From Octopus bimaculoides (lineage: Eukaryota), in the NCBI RefSeq assembly GCF_001194135.2, contig NC_068984.1, forward strand, positions 55,128,559 to 55,192,558: a stretch of 64,000 bases of DNA. The letters are read 5' to 3'. Positions 1 through 11,435 of this stretch are shown here, piece after piece; the first letter of the stretch is position 1; each line of letters opens with the position of its first letter. The notes under the pieces were generated by a model. The model saw only the letters and a list, made by a program, of their open reading frames with translations, ran no database searches and was not told the origin of the DNA. The translations under genes were made by a program, and so were the position numbers.

Positions 1-236
1 GTAGCGGGGAGAGCAGAGGAGGAGATGAGGTCATGGATTGTGGAGGACACAAGCCGTTGGTAGGAGGGGGTGGGGTCGGAGGGGAGGAGGCGGTAGAAGA
101 GGGGATTGTGAAGCTGGCTGAGCGCTTCCCTCCTGTAAAGGTCCGCGCGCCACACCACCACTGCTCCACCTTTGTCCGCCGGCTTGATGACGATGTCGTC
201 ACGGCGGCGGAGATTGCGGAGGGCGACCGATTCGGC
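1..236 (-). mobile_element. Penelope-like element (PLE) reverse transcriptase, N-terminal fragment; runs off the window start
   Basis: Hand translation of the minus strand is open: AESVALRNLRRRDDIVIKPADKGGAVVVWRADLYRREALSQLHNPLFYRLLPSDPTPSYQRLVSSTIHDLISSSALPA. DIVIKPADKGGAVVV is the characteristic PLE RT N-terminal motif. High GC and retained CpGs suggest a young copy. Confidence 0.85.
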
Positions 237-570
237 CCATATATATATATATGTATATTCTCCCTCAAATGTGGTAGCGGTGACTAGTGACGTACATCTG
301 GACACACATATGTACTCACATATATATATGCTTTTGAATACTTTGATATCCAAGTATGGTTATGAACACAGACACAGACATGTGTATTGGAGTGTCTATA
401 ACTATTGTATGACCTTATATAATGTTTGTAGACTTTTTATGTGCCTTATAATTTTATATTTTCATTTTTCATTTATTTATGTTATTTTTACTGTATTCTT
501 ATTTTTATTTCTTTTTTACTCTTATTTTTATCTTTTTTTTATTTTTTACTTTATATTTGTATTGAATCTT

Positions 571-706
571 TGTAAATCTCTGAAGAGGCCTAGCGAATCA
601 TACATGTACCCCCAATTCAGCATTTCATCTGTTAATTACTCCGGCATGAGCTATTCGGATAGAATGGGGCATGCCAACGCTAGGCCGAAACAACTGTAAG
701 TTTCTG
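571..706 (+). ncRNA. Type I hammerhead ribozyme-like motif (PLE pLTR) with a long stem-II insertion
   Basis: CTGAAGA core 580-586; perfect 9-bp stem II GGCCTAGCG (587-595)/CGCTAGGCC (678-686); GAAA 687-690; near-palindromic stem III ACAACTGT; GTA cleavage triplet 696-698; stem I AATCT/AGTTT with 4 of 5 pairs. Confidence 0.75.
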
Positions 707-1234
707 TTTATTCTCAAATTCCTAATGTACTGTTTATTTGTAACCTCGATTGTTAATATAACATGGTATGTCATAAGCATTTGTATGTTGTCGTTTTTGT
801 CATTTTAGTTACAAAATAAGTTAATTAACTCAACGGAATACACTGTCTGTAAGTCGATGGGTACCACATATTCTCCTCCATTTTCTACTTGCTATATAAA
901 TTTAGGGTAAAATAACCCCCCTTTTACCCGCACCCACTTATTACACTTGGTATAGCACTAGTGTAACAATAATTGGGTACGCTCCCAGCAGTATATTGGA
1001 TAGATACTATCCGTTAGTGGGTTGAATCCTCAACCCCTAAATATCTTGCATTATATATCCCGTTTGGGCCGTGAACAGGGATTAATCTTCTCTCTTCGCT
1101 CCTTTGCGCCACATNNNNNNNNNNNNNNNNNNNNNNNNNNNNNNNNNNNNNNNNNNNNNNNNNNNNNNNNNNNNNNNNNNNNNNNNNNNNNNNNNNNNNN
1201 NNNNNNNNNNNNNNNNNNNNNNNNNNNNNNNNNN

Positions 1235-1346
1235 CTTCTCTTCACTCCTACTTCTCTTCACTCCTACTTCTCTTCACTCCTACTTCTCTTCACTCCTACT
1301 TCTCTTCACTCCTACTTCTCTTCACTCCTACTTCTCTTCACCCCTA
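1235..1346 (+). repeat. 16-bp minisatellite (CTTCTCTTCACTCCTA) x about 7, followed by CT-rich low-complexity sequence to about 1720
   Basis: Tandem units read directly; bounded by N-gaps. Confidence 0.9.
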
Positions 1347-2605
1347 CTCTTTCTCGCTTTTCTCTTACTCTCTTACTCTCTTCTCTCTTTCTCTCTCTCT
1401 CTCACTCTCTTCTCTCTTACTCTCTCTCTCACTCTCTTCTCTCTTACTCTCTCTCTCACTCTCTTCTCTCTTACTCTCTTTCTCTCTCTCTTACTCTCTT
1501 TATCTCTCTCTTACTCTCTTTCTCCCTCCTCCCATACACACCTTCCCCTCTCTTATATTCACCTTCCCCTTCCACCTTCATCGCCACCCCTCCCCCTTCA
1601 TCGTCAACCCTCCCTCATAAGCTCATCTCACCCCACCCCAACACACTCCTGCTCTACCTTCCCACCCCACCCCATCCAATTCTATACACCCACTCCTGCA
1701 CACATACCCCTACCTCTACCCNNNNNNNNNNNNNNNNNNNNNNNNNNNNNNNNNNNNNNNNNNNNNNNNNNNNNNNNNNNNNNNNNNNNNNNNNNNNNNN
1801 NNNNNNNNNNNNNNNNNNNNNNNNNNNNNNNNNNNNNNNNNNNNNNNNNNNNNNNNNNNNNNNNNNNNNNNNNNNNNNNNNNNNNNNNNNNNNNNNNNNN
1901 NNNNNNNNNNNNNNNNNNNNNNNNNNNNNNNNNNNNNNNNNNNNNNNNNNNNNNNNNNNNNNNNNNNNNNNNNNNNNNNNNNNNNNNNNNNNNNNNNNNN
2001 NNNNNNNNNNNNNNNNNNNNNNNNNNNNNNNNNNNNNNNNNNNNNNNNNNNNNNNNNNNNNNNNNNNNNNNNNNNNNNNNNNNNNNNNNNNNNNNNNNNN
2101 NNNNNNNNNNNNNNNNNNNNNNNNNNNNNNNNNNNNNNNNNNNNNNNNNNNNNNNNNNNNNNNNNNNNNNNNNNNNNNNNNNNNNNNNNNNNNNNNNNNN
2201 NNNNNNNNNNNNNNNNNNNNNNNNNNNNNNNNNNNNNNNNNNNNNNNNNNNNNNNNNNNNNNNNNNNNNNNNNNNNNNNNNNNNNNNNNNNNNNNNNNNN
2301 NNNNNNNNNNNNNNNNNNNNNNNNNNNNNNNNNNNNNNNNNNNNNNNNNNNNNNNNNNNNNNNNNNNNNNNNNNNNNNNNNNNNNNNNNNNNNNNNNNNN
2401 NNNNNNNNNNNNNNNNNNNNNNNNNNNNNNNNNNNNNNNNNNNNNNNNNNNNNNNNNNNNNNNNNNNNNNNNNNNNNNNNNNNNNNNNNNNNNNNNNNNN
2501 NNNNNNNNNNNNNNNNNNNNNNNNNNNNNNNNNNNNNNNNNNNNNNNNNNNNNNNNNNNNNNNNNNNNNNNNNNNNNNNNNNNNNNNNNNNNNNNNNNNN
2601 NNNNN

Positions 2606-2649
<44 letters not shown>

Positions 2650-3119
2650 GCATGCATAGTTAAACATTTAAATGAACTGGGCGAAACATGTTATACGTGC
2701 ACTAATATAAATAAATATCAGTATAAACACACAAGTTTCATTTGTTACATACACTATGCATTGCTCAGAAAACCAATGTAAATCTGTTATATAAAATATT
2801 CTACATTTGATAATATTTTAATAAAGGATTGAATATCAATATTGCAACATTATGAATGCAATGGATTTTCACGTTATTGCAGCATTCGAGACATTCAAAT
2901 AGACCTAATATCAATATTTTTCCTAGAAGTCTCATATATACGTAAAGACAATCAAATAAATAACTGCTAACGATTTTCTATTTCACACAGTATAGATACA
3001 TATATTATGTGGGTGCAATATATTTACTTACGTAACAGGAAACATATTTTAATTAAGTCCGTCTCCAGGTATTGAGCACGAACGTAACATTAGCATCCAT
3101 ATATCGACAAGATATATCA

Positions 3120-3179
<60 letters not shown>

Positions 3180-3394
3180 AGAGAGATAGAGATTGAGCGA
3201 GAGAGAGTGAGAGAGAGGAAGAGAAAGAGAGAGAGAGGGAGAGAGAGAGAGAGAGAGCAAGGTTTCGTTGAATTTATATCCAAATTTACAACTGTAATTA
3301 ACAGTAATTTAGTAAGCAGATTCCTACAGGTGATATTTGAAACAATGTGAATGTTGAGTCAGAAACATGGTGGAACTTAGCCGACTCCAACGAC

Positions 3395-3510
3395 GCCTAT
3401 ACATGATTGATATTATATTTTATCGATCCGTATGGAATGAAAGGCAATGATGACCTGATCAGGATTCGAATCTAGAGCACAAAGTGCTGGACGCTCTCAT
3501 GATTCCACCA
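3395..3510 (-). mobile_element. Degenerate SINE fragment, same family as 16598-16813
   Basis: TTTATCGATCCGTATGGAATGAAAGGCAA...GGATTCGAATCTAGA is the reverse complement of the family's central motif and B-box. Confidence 0.55.
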
Positions 3511-3689
3511 AACGAATTAGAATAGGGGTCAGAGTTCTTAAATTGCACATTTGGCACATGCGATTGGTCATGCGATTTGATCGGGCCAAAAGAATTACAC
3601 AATTCACTAAGCTACCACCTACTCATCAAAGCACCTAACCACGTCCGTTAGCAATAAAAAAAAGTGGCGGCCAAATCAAATATTACACG

Positions 3690-3925
3690 CCATTATTTTA
3701 AAAATACCAAACGCGGCACCTTTGAAGTACTGCTAGAACATCAGAGAAAATGTCTCACATCATTTCTTACTTGTATTTCAGTTCTAGGGTCAAATCCCGT
3801 TGGTTGCCAAATTTGCTTCTCATCTTTCCAGGGTCAACGAAATAGAGTAGCAATCAGTTCAATGCCACTACCTGCACTCCCGCAAATTTTCAGGTTTGTG
3901 ATGCTTTTATTAGAAAGAATTATTT
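3690..3925 (+). mobile_element. Degenerate SINE, same family as 16598-16813
   Basis: GTTCTAGGGTCAAATCCCG B-box-like segment, TTTGCTTCTCATCTTTCCAGGGTCAACGAAA central motif, and a tail (AAATTTTCAGGTTTGTG...AGAAAGAATTATT) matching the 16.6 kb copy. Confidence 0.5.
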
Positions 3926-4392
3926 CAGATTTGTCGATTAATACTGTAAAGCAATGGCATCTGCACGAAAACTATAACACCTATAACGAGCAAATATATA
4001 TATACATATGCGTACCTACCAGCCTATCTACAATCATATATACGCACGTACATATGCGTGTGTAGGTGTACAGATAGATAGATAGATAGATAGATGTATA
4101 CATATGCCTGTACATACATCATATGCGCATATAATTTATTTATATTCTTATGTACATACGATAGGCACGCATACATATTTACATATATTTGTATGTTTGC
4201 ATGTATATGTGTGTGTATGTATGCATATTCTTTTATTTTTTTACTTGTTTCAGTCATTTGCCTGCCATATGCATACATACATATAAATAAAGAACCAGAT
4301 AGACAGACAGACGGGCGGACGGACAGGTGGACTGACAAACGGAATGACAGCCGGACAGACAGGTGAACAGGCGGATGGAAAGACAAACAGAC

Positions 4393-4424
<32 letters not shown>

Positions 4425-4930
4425 CAGTGTCTACATACATGGTATTGGTGAGTACGGATGAATACGTATACATGTACTTGTTCCTCTTAGCTTATTCATT
4501 CTTTTCGTTATTCCATACGGAAGAAATATGGCTCAATAAAACGTAAATCAATAATTCACTCACTGAACTTATCTGCTATGAAAATTTGTTCCATCAGCCG
4601 GCTCCGTCTTATAGAAAGCCAAATGCAAGGACACGAATCCTGGAAAACAGATCGCTGGCGGCTGTATTCAGGGAAAATTTAGGGAGTACAAAATATTTGT
4701 TCGTAGTCTCATTCTACATATATAGTAACTTAAATTACACACTAACACCTCCATGTATATTTGTAAGTTAATATATGTATATGCATATATGTGTGTGTAT
4801 GTGTGTGTGTGTGTGTGTGTGTTGTACGCGCGCGCGCATGTATTCATGCATATATATGTTCGTGTGCGTGTGTATCTGTGTCTATGTCTGTGTGTGTGTG
4901 TGTGTGTGTTTGTGTATGTTTTTGTGAGGG

Positions 4931-5165
4931 TATGTGTTTATATATTATGTCAAGTCGCTCTTACGTTATTGGTATGGTAACATGTTACTCAGTATAACCG
5001 GTTGCGAGTCGTCGGAGATTGAAACGGTAAACCCACTAACATTGCTCGATAAAGAGGGTGGTCGTTGAACATCTAGCGAGTATATAAACAAAAGCTGTTA
5101 AAGGGTGGAAGTAAACAAGAGAGTCATCCACCATCCACAATAGTCAATGAGGACTTGTAATGCTA
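4931..5165 (+). repeat. Unclassified interspersed repeat, copy 1
   Basis: Aligns by eye over about 240 bp with 8411-8650 (TATATTATGTCA(A/G)GTC...GTAACATGTTACTCAGTA...GAGTCGTCGG...CCATCCAC). Confidence 0.75.
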
Positions 5166-5299
5166 CCAGCTGAAAAATGGGTGCTAGAATCAACATTTTT
5201 ACTATGTTCCTACACAAGCTTCCCATATAACTTAACTTTATATTTTTTTCCCAACCAGTCGCCATGCTTGACCCCTAAAACCACTTGTTTTTTTATTTT

Positions 5300-5453
5300 T
5301 TATTCTCTCTCTGTTTATTTTTTCTTATTCTTTTCTTTTGAAGAGTGTAGGCTCGAAACATAAAATACTTTCTCATTTTCCCGAGCATCAAACTTATACA
5401 CCTGCTACTTGTTCATCACCTGTCTTCGTTTTTTGTCTTTCTGCAAATTTCAA

Positions 5454-5456
<3 letters not shown>
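5300..5456 (+). mobile_element. Short PLE-pLTR-like repeat (here called family D) with a degenerate hammerhead-like motif at 5331-5366
   Basis: Homologous to 52003-52150 (minus) and 57020-57165 (plus): ...GAAGAGTGTAGGCTCGAAAC...TTTCTCATTTTCCCGAGC...CACCTGTCTTCGT. Confidence 0.7.
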
Positions 5457-5543
<87 letters not shown>

Positions 5544-5600
5544 ACACACACACACACACACTCACACACTCACACACTCACGCACACTTACACACACATA

Positions 5601-6000
5601 CTCTTTACTCTTTACTCTTTTACTTGTCTCAGTCATTTGACTGCGGCCATGCTGGAGCACCGCCTTTAGTCGAGAAAATCGACCCCAGGACTTATTCTTT
5701 GTAAGCCTAGTACTTATTCTATCGGTCTCTTTTTGCCGAACCGCTAAGTTACGGGAATGTAAACACACCAGCATTGGTTGTCAAGCGATGGTGGGGGGGA
5801 CAAACACAAACACACAAGCACATACATATATATACATATACATATATACGACGGGCTTCTTTCAGTTTCCGTCTGCCAAATCCACTCACAAGGCTTTGGT
5901 CGGCCCGAGGCTATAGTAGAAGACACTTGCCCAAGGTGCCACACAGTGGGACTGAACCCGGAATCGCGTGGTTCGTAAGCAAGCTACTTACCACACAGCT
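5601..6000 (-). mobile_element. tRNA-head SINE, octopus OR-like family; near-intact young copy
   Basis: Reverse complement shows an A-box-like GCTGTGTGGTAAG, B-box GGTTCAGTCCC, CORE-like GGCACCTTGGGCAAGTGTC, an internal (TA/CA) microsatellite, a 3' part (GAGACCGATAGAATAAGTACTAGG...GGCCGCAGTCAAATGACTGAGACAAG) and a (TAAAAGAG)-type tail. Confidence 0.85.
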
Positions 6001-7619
6001 ATGTATATATATACATGTTAATGTGTGTGTTTGAAACCGTATAGATTTACATTTTAATCAAGACAAAATGAATAACAGAAGTTATTGATATTACTTTCAA
6101 ACGTGACATAACTTGTTTATGTTGAAAAGTTTGTGCTGGTTCGACGTAATGAAGCTTAGACGCTTGATTTAATAACGGTATGTGTCGTCTAATAGCAGGT
6201 GTTGAATAATAAATTATGACACAATGAAGACATATATCACATTTAATACATAGATATATGCTTGAGTGAAACATCTATGATCATTTCATATTTAATTTTT
6301 CTTTTTCATATTATAATTTGTAATTAAACATATTGCTAATCTAGCATTATTTACTTCATGCTTATAACAGTCTTTGATACTCAGGAAAATCGTGAATGTT
6401 TATTCACATATGATTTTACGCTACGCTATGCATGTGAGAAAATATGTATGTATCACAAACCGGGGCTCTCTCTATCTCTGCCTCCATCTGCCTTTTGCTC
6501 TCTCTCTCTCTCTCTCTCTCTCTGTTTCTCTTTTTCTTTTGCTTCTTTCTCTCCAGCTCTTTCTCTCTCTCTCTCTCACTTTTACTCATTCACTCACTGG
6601 CGTTTACTCCAACACATCATAAAGAAGTAATGAAATATAATTTGAATTCACCCTTGTAACAACGAGGTACAATTTTATTTCAAGCTTCCTTTTTTTCATA
6701 TATTTGTCTACATCTAATCAGTTGTACAGTGTTTTGAAATCGCAGACACAGCATTAAGTGTCTGACCATCGGTGTAATGAAACGCTCCTTCCACATATGA
6801 AGTCAAAATCTATTTGCTGCAAATGGAATAAATTATACCTTCGGTCACTTAACTTCAGACAATAATCAGTGCTCTAGATTAGGATGTTTAGGCAACTAAT
6901 CATGGCTTGTTCATGCACTAAACGTTATCTATAAACAACTCAGGCCATCAGCATGAGAAACACTTGCTAATTCAGTATTATTACATTGCATGCATGTGTA
7001 TTTAAGATCTAACTTGAAAAATTATGCAGTGAAGAGAAAACATTATTAGTGCTTGACTAATGTTATAATAATTATTTGTCAAGTACTGAAAAGATTTTTA
7101 TACATGTCTTTTTGTTATGACTGTGACACCTATGTTTCCTTATTTTATTTTCTACGTATTCTCAGAACACATTCATTTTTCTACGCCACTCAGTATACCA
7201 CCTTGTACATACATTCAATTATATACTGCCCTTGCTACGCAAGCTTTGCTTAGCAGACTTGGTAATCATAATTTCCTGTATTGGCATGAAGTTGTCTTTC
7301 ATACTTTCTGAAAAAAAGTATTTCTTTCAAAGTAATATCTTTTGGGTATTAATTTTTCTTTCTTTTTCATCCTCTGAATCATTTCTTGTTAGCTTTGTAA
7401 TTATTCCTGCATTAAATAGGTTAACACTAAATTGACTATTATTTTCAATGCCGATAGTGTCGCTATATAATCTGATACCCAAAAGGCTTTCAAAATCGAA
7501 AATCAATGCGCATTCATCATATTGCAAGTACAAATACACAGCTTATCAATATCAAATCCTACACGTGAACTACTGATCCACTACACATGGGTCTTTATTT
7601 TAATGTAATCTGGACATAG

Positions 7620-8055
7620 GCTCAGATGTGGTTGCATAGTAAGGAGCTTGCTTCCAAGTCCCATCGTTCTGGGTTCAGACTCACTGCGTGGCACCTTGGG
7701 CAAGTGTCTTCTACTAAATCCTCGAGTCGACCAAGGCCTTGTGAGTGGATTTCCTAGACGGAAACTGAAAGATGTCCGACATATTTATATGTATGTGTGT
7801 GTGTGTGTGTCTGCGTGTGTGTGTGTGTGTGTGTGTATGCGTCTTTGTATCTATATTTGTTCCCATCACCGCTTGACAACCGGTGTTGTCGTATTTAAAT
7901 CCCCGCAACATAGCGGTTTGGCAAAAGAGACCGATAGAATAAGCACCAGGGTTTTAAAAAGGTACTAACATCGATTCATTCGACTAAAAAATCTTGAAGA
8001 CGGTGCCCCGACTTAGCCATAATTCAATGGCTAAAACAGGTAAAAGGCAAGAGAT
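7620..8055 (+). mobile_element. tRNA-head SINE, OR-like family; diverged full-length copy
   Basis: GGTTCAGACTCACTGCGTGGCACCTTGGGCAAGTGTC, internal (GT)n, then GAGACCGATAGAATAAGCACCAGG and the tail. Confidence 0.8.
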
Positions 8056-8410
8056 AAGCGAAATACAAAGTGTCTCTTGGCACTCATTTAAGGATGATTA
8101 AACGTTACCAAATAGTGTTAATGTCTGTTAGGATGTTTTGCAGACTGGATATTTGACTTTGTCGTTATTTTCTATCCTGAAATATCTCATGCAATATGTT
8201 GCATCATCCACAAGACAAAATGGTGGAAAATGCTCTGATAAAAGCAATTTTATTCAGGCGTGTCATTTGTAGAATGATACGGTAGTTGTGATAGAGGTTT
8301 ATTTAGACGATAATTGTGGAAGTTATTTTTATGATTATTTCTGAGAGCGAATACACTCAGTGATAGGTTTAGATTATTTCAAAATGAGAACAGTATGGTA
8401 CAACTGTAGA

Positions 8411-8750
8411 TGTGTATCTATATATTATGTCAGGTCACTCTTACGTTACTGGTAACATGTTACTCAGTACAACCTGTTACATAGTCGAGTCGTCGGTGAT
8501 TAAACCGGCAAATCCACAACGTTACCGGTAAGGAGGATGATCTTTGAACACAAAGCGGGTGGTAAAACAGCACCTGTCAAAGGGCGGAGGTAAACAGGAG
8601 TGTCAGCGGCCATCCACTATAGTTGCATTGGGCACACCTCGGACAGATCCTTCTACGAACACTTACGTACCAGTAGAGCTTGTCTCGAAGTGGGAGAGTA
8701 CCCCGGAGACATTTCCAGGCCAAGTATTCAACCATGCTCCCACCTAGGCT
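8411..8750 (+). repeat. Unclassified interspersed repeat, copy 2 (longer)
   Basis: Homologous to 4931-5165; extends about 100 bp further. Confidence 0.7.
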
Positions 8751-11271
8751 AAACTTGCGATAAATTGATTTTGGAAAGTGCTGAAAGTCTTCAGTTTGTT
8801 TAGGTATTTGGAATCACTCAGAATAATTACATTCCAGCATTCGAGTATATTCTTCAACACGCAAAAAATTACCAAATTTTCTTTAGTATAAGAAAACAAT
8901 CTTTTCTTTATTCAGTTCGTTCAGTATTCAGGATATCAAACTACATTATATTAAGACAATTATCTAAATTACGATTGTCTATATCACTATATTTCAGACT
9001 GTGCGTAGATACCAGAAATATTAAAGTATATACACAAGGGGTTCAGTATTTACTCAAATTTATGTATTTTTGAAAAATGTACAACTATGTAATTCCCACA
9101 ATAAAACAAAATTGCCTATTACAAGGCAATATTGCTAATAATTGAATCAATATGACTAAAATTTTAAATGAATAATTTTAATAATTTAATGTCTCCAGAT
9201 TTTTCTGAAACATATAACCAATAGGGTTTCTAAATGCATTTTTAGGGAAGGATCATTTATGAAGTGATAATTTCAACGTGCTTTAAAATGTGTAACTTCG
9301 ATTAATGCGGCTATAAAACAGACAATTATTTTTAACATAAAAGAGACATTGTAACTGATTAATATATAGAACCGACTAATGAAATATCAATATAGCACTG
9401 TATATGTCCAAATATTTATAATGCGTTAATTTCTAACATTTTAGACGATGCATGCTACAATAGCACGGACATAAAAATCAATGTAATTTATTTGTGGTTT
9501 TATTTTATTTTCTACTTTGCAACGGTCAATCGGTATTTTGTCACCGAGGAAACCATAGCAACTTTTGATCATAAAAGAAACGAGTGACGCTTGGTTAAAT
9601 CTTAAAACTGTACTGTATAGATTACATTTTTCTAGTGTTTTTTTTTTAGACTCTGTTTTAAAACTATTCTGTATTATTTAGAATTACGCAAGATCGATAA
9701 TTGACATTATTCATAATGTTTCTTCCTATTAAGTTTTCTACTTGGTTTTCTTCATAGAACTTGGGTCAAATCCATGTTATGAGAAGATAGGTTTCCGCAA
9801 GATGGTAGGCAAAAGGGAAGGTATTCCTGGATCCGTTGTTTACGAAACGAGCTTCTTAAGCACTCAACAATGTCTGCGTTTATGCATGTGTTTCTATTCA
9901 CGCACTCTCGTGTATGTGTGTGTGTGTGTTTGATCGTTTGTAATCGCATTCTAAGCTTTCTATTACACATACAATATCGATTGAAATATTTCCTAACCAC
10001 TTTTCCCCGTTATTTAAACTTTTTACTTTTCTATATTATTATTGTGGGAATTCTACATTCATTTAACTTCTAAATATCTATATTTACCAATACAGAGGTG
10101 ATATTTTTTTTTTCCATATGATGTGATTTTTCAAATGCGAAAATTTATTAATAGAAACAACGTTAAAAATCATTTATGACATTGATCGCTGGCATATTAA
10201 CAGTAAATGTGTTGATAAATATATTTGCAACTGTATGCTCAATAATGAGCAATTAGGTTTAGTCAATGAGATTAATATTGTATTTTGTTTTAACATTTGC
10301 TCCCATGCGTGTTCCATCAAAACCATGAATGCCCTAATCGTCACGACAAAACATTTTAACAAATATTCAGTCAGAAACACGTGCTACCATAAAATCTATC
10401 ATCTACAAAATAAAAGAAAATATCATCATGCACCGTTTTATATATAGAATGCAGCTAAATGTATGGCTATTAGCAAACATATTGCGACTAAAAAATAATT
10501 AATTGAAAGACATGAAAAATATATAATGCAGCAAAAATATACGTTGGTTTAAAAATATTTAATAGCTGTAGCTTAACGGGAAGAGATTTTAGCCGCATTG
10601 CATATTATATTATATATTATATTGCATTATGCTGTTATATTATGTAAATATATAATATCATAGTATACTGTATATTCGTTCCTGCTTTAATCTTTGTCCC
10701 TTGCTAAACTCAGAAGGATAAAAACATCCTTGCGTGGTTGTTGTTTAATTTCATACGCTACAAACTCGCTAAGCATTCTTTTCGCAAAATGACTTTGGGA
10801 AACAATAATAATAATTAAGATTCTAGAAATCGAGATTTCATAATGCACCATTTCTGCATATTACAAATGCGCATTTGAATTATACTGCATTTATTGAGTT
10901 AATGGTAATTGGTAATTGATTTCATTTATATAAATCCATTTATATGAGATGTGTTCTTTATTCAGCTTGTTGACTGCTTTCGTGAATAGTTTATGTGAGT
11001 TCTCAGATGTTGAATATAGAAACAATCCTTGAACGCAACATTTCACATGACATTTCACACATAGAATTTTATCGGAATAGAGTGTGCTGTCCTGTTGTCC
11101 TATAAAATCAGCTTGTCTTTGTGTCTTTGTTTCAGTGGCCTTTCGATTGTAGAGAATACTGATGTTTGAGATGATTTCTCCTTCTCCTGTGGAGTTGGTT
11201 CCAACTGCAACCAAGCGATGCTTCTATCTTCCCTAGAAACGAAAATTGTTTCACTAAATAAAGAATTTATG

Positions 11272-11312
<41 letters not shown>

Positions 11313-11316
<4 letters not shown>

Positions 11317-11435
11317 TCGAAAAATACCTTAGGAATGAGAACCCAGGTTTGAAATTTCCCCAAGACACCTGATGAAGGCTGGAGGGTATATCAGCCGAAT
11401 GTTGTGTTAACAACAAAGTAGACGGGGACAAATAT
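11313..11435 (+). mobile_element. PLE-pLTR-like fragment with a minimal hammerhead-like motif (11364-11408), following (TAA)n
   Basis: Stem I GACAC/GTGTT; CTGATGA core 11369-11375 plus an extra A; stem II GGCTG/CAGCC; the GAAAC half is mutated to GAAT; GTT triplet. Confidence 0.65.

Noticed and set aside
33-699. Plus-strand ORFs of 84 and 175 aa
   Set aside because: They are the antisense shadow of the PLE RT plus AT-rich low-complexity sequence.
1022-2667. Long ORFs of 300-545 aa, and similar ones at 15.0, 21.1, 46.7, 48.1, 51.0 and 60.1 kb
   Set aside because: They are open only because they run through N-gaps and microsatellites.
4564-4661. Minus-strand 98-nt segment with an acceptor and a GTGAGT donor, open as RQRSVFQDSCPCIWLSIRRSRLMEQIFIADKF
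   Set aside because: No recognisable domain and no partner exon; such signals arise by chance in 64 kb.
6750-6810. Minus-strand FICGRSVSLHRWSDT*CC, resembling the trypsin CGGSLIxxxWVLTAAHC motif
   Set aside because: Only 5 positions match, there is no AAH, and no other protease motifs lie nearby.
10891-11214. 107-aa non-repetitive minus-strand ORF with a CxxC
   Set aside because: No convincing family motif or splice context; resemblance to a zinc-finger transposase N-terminus is too weak.
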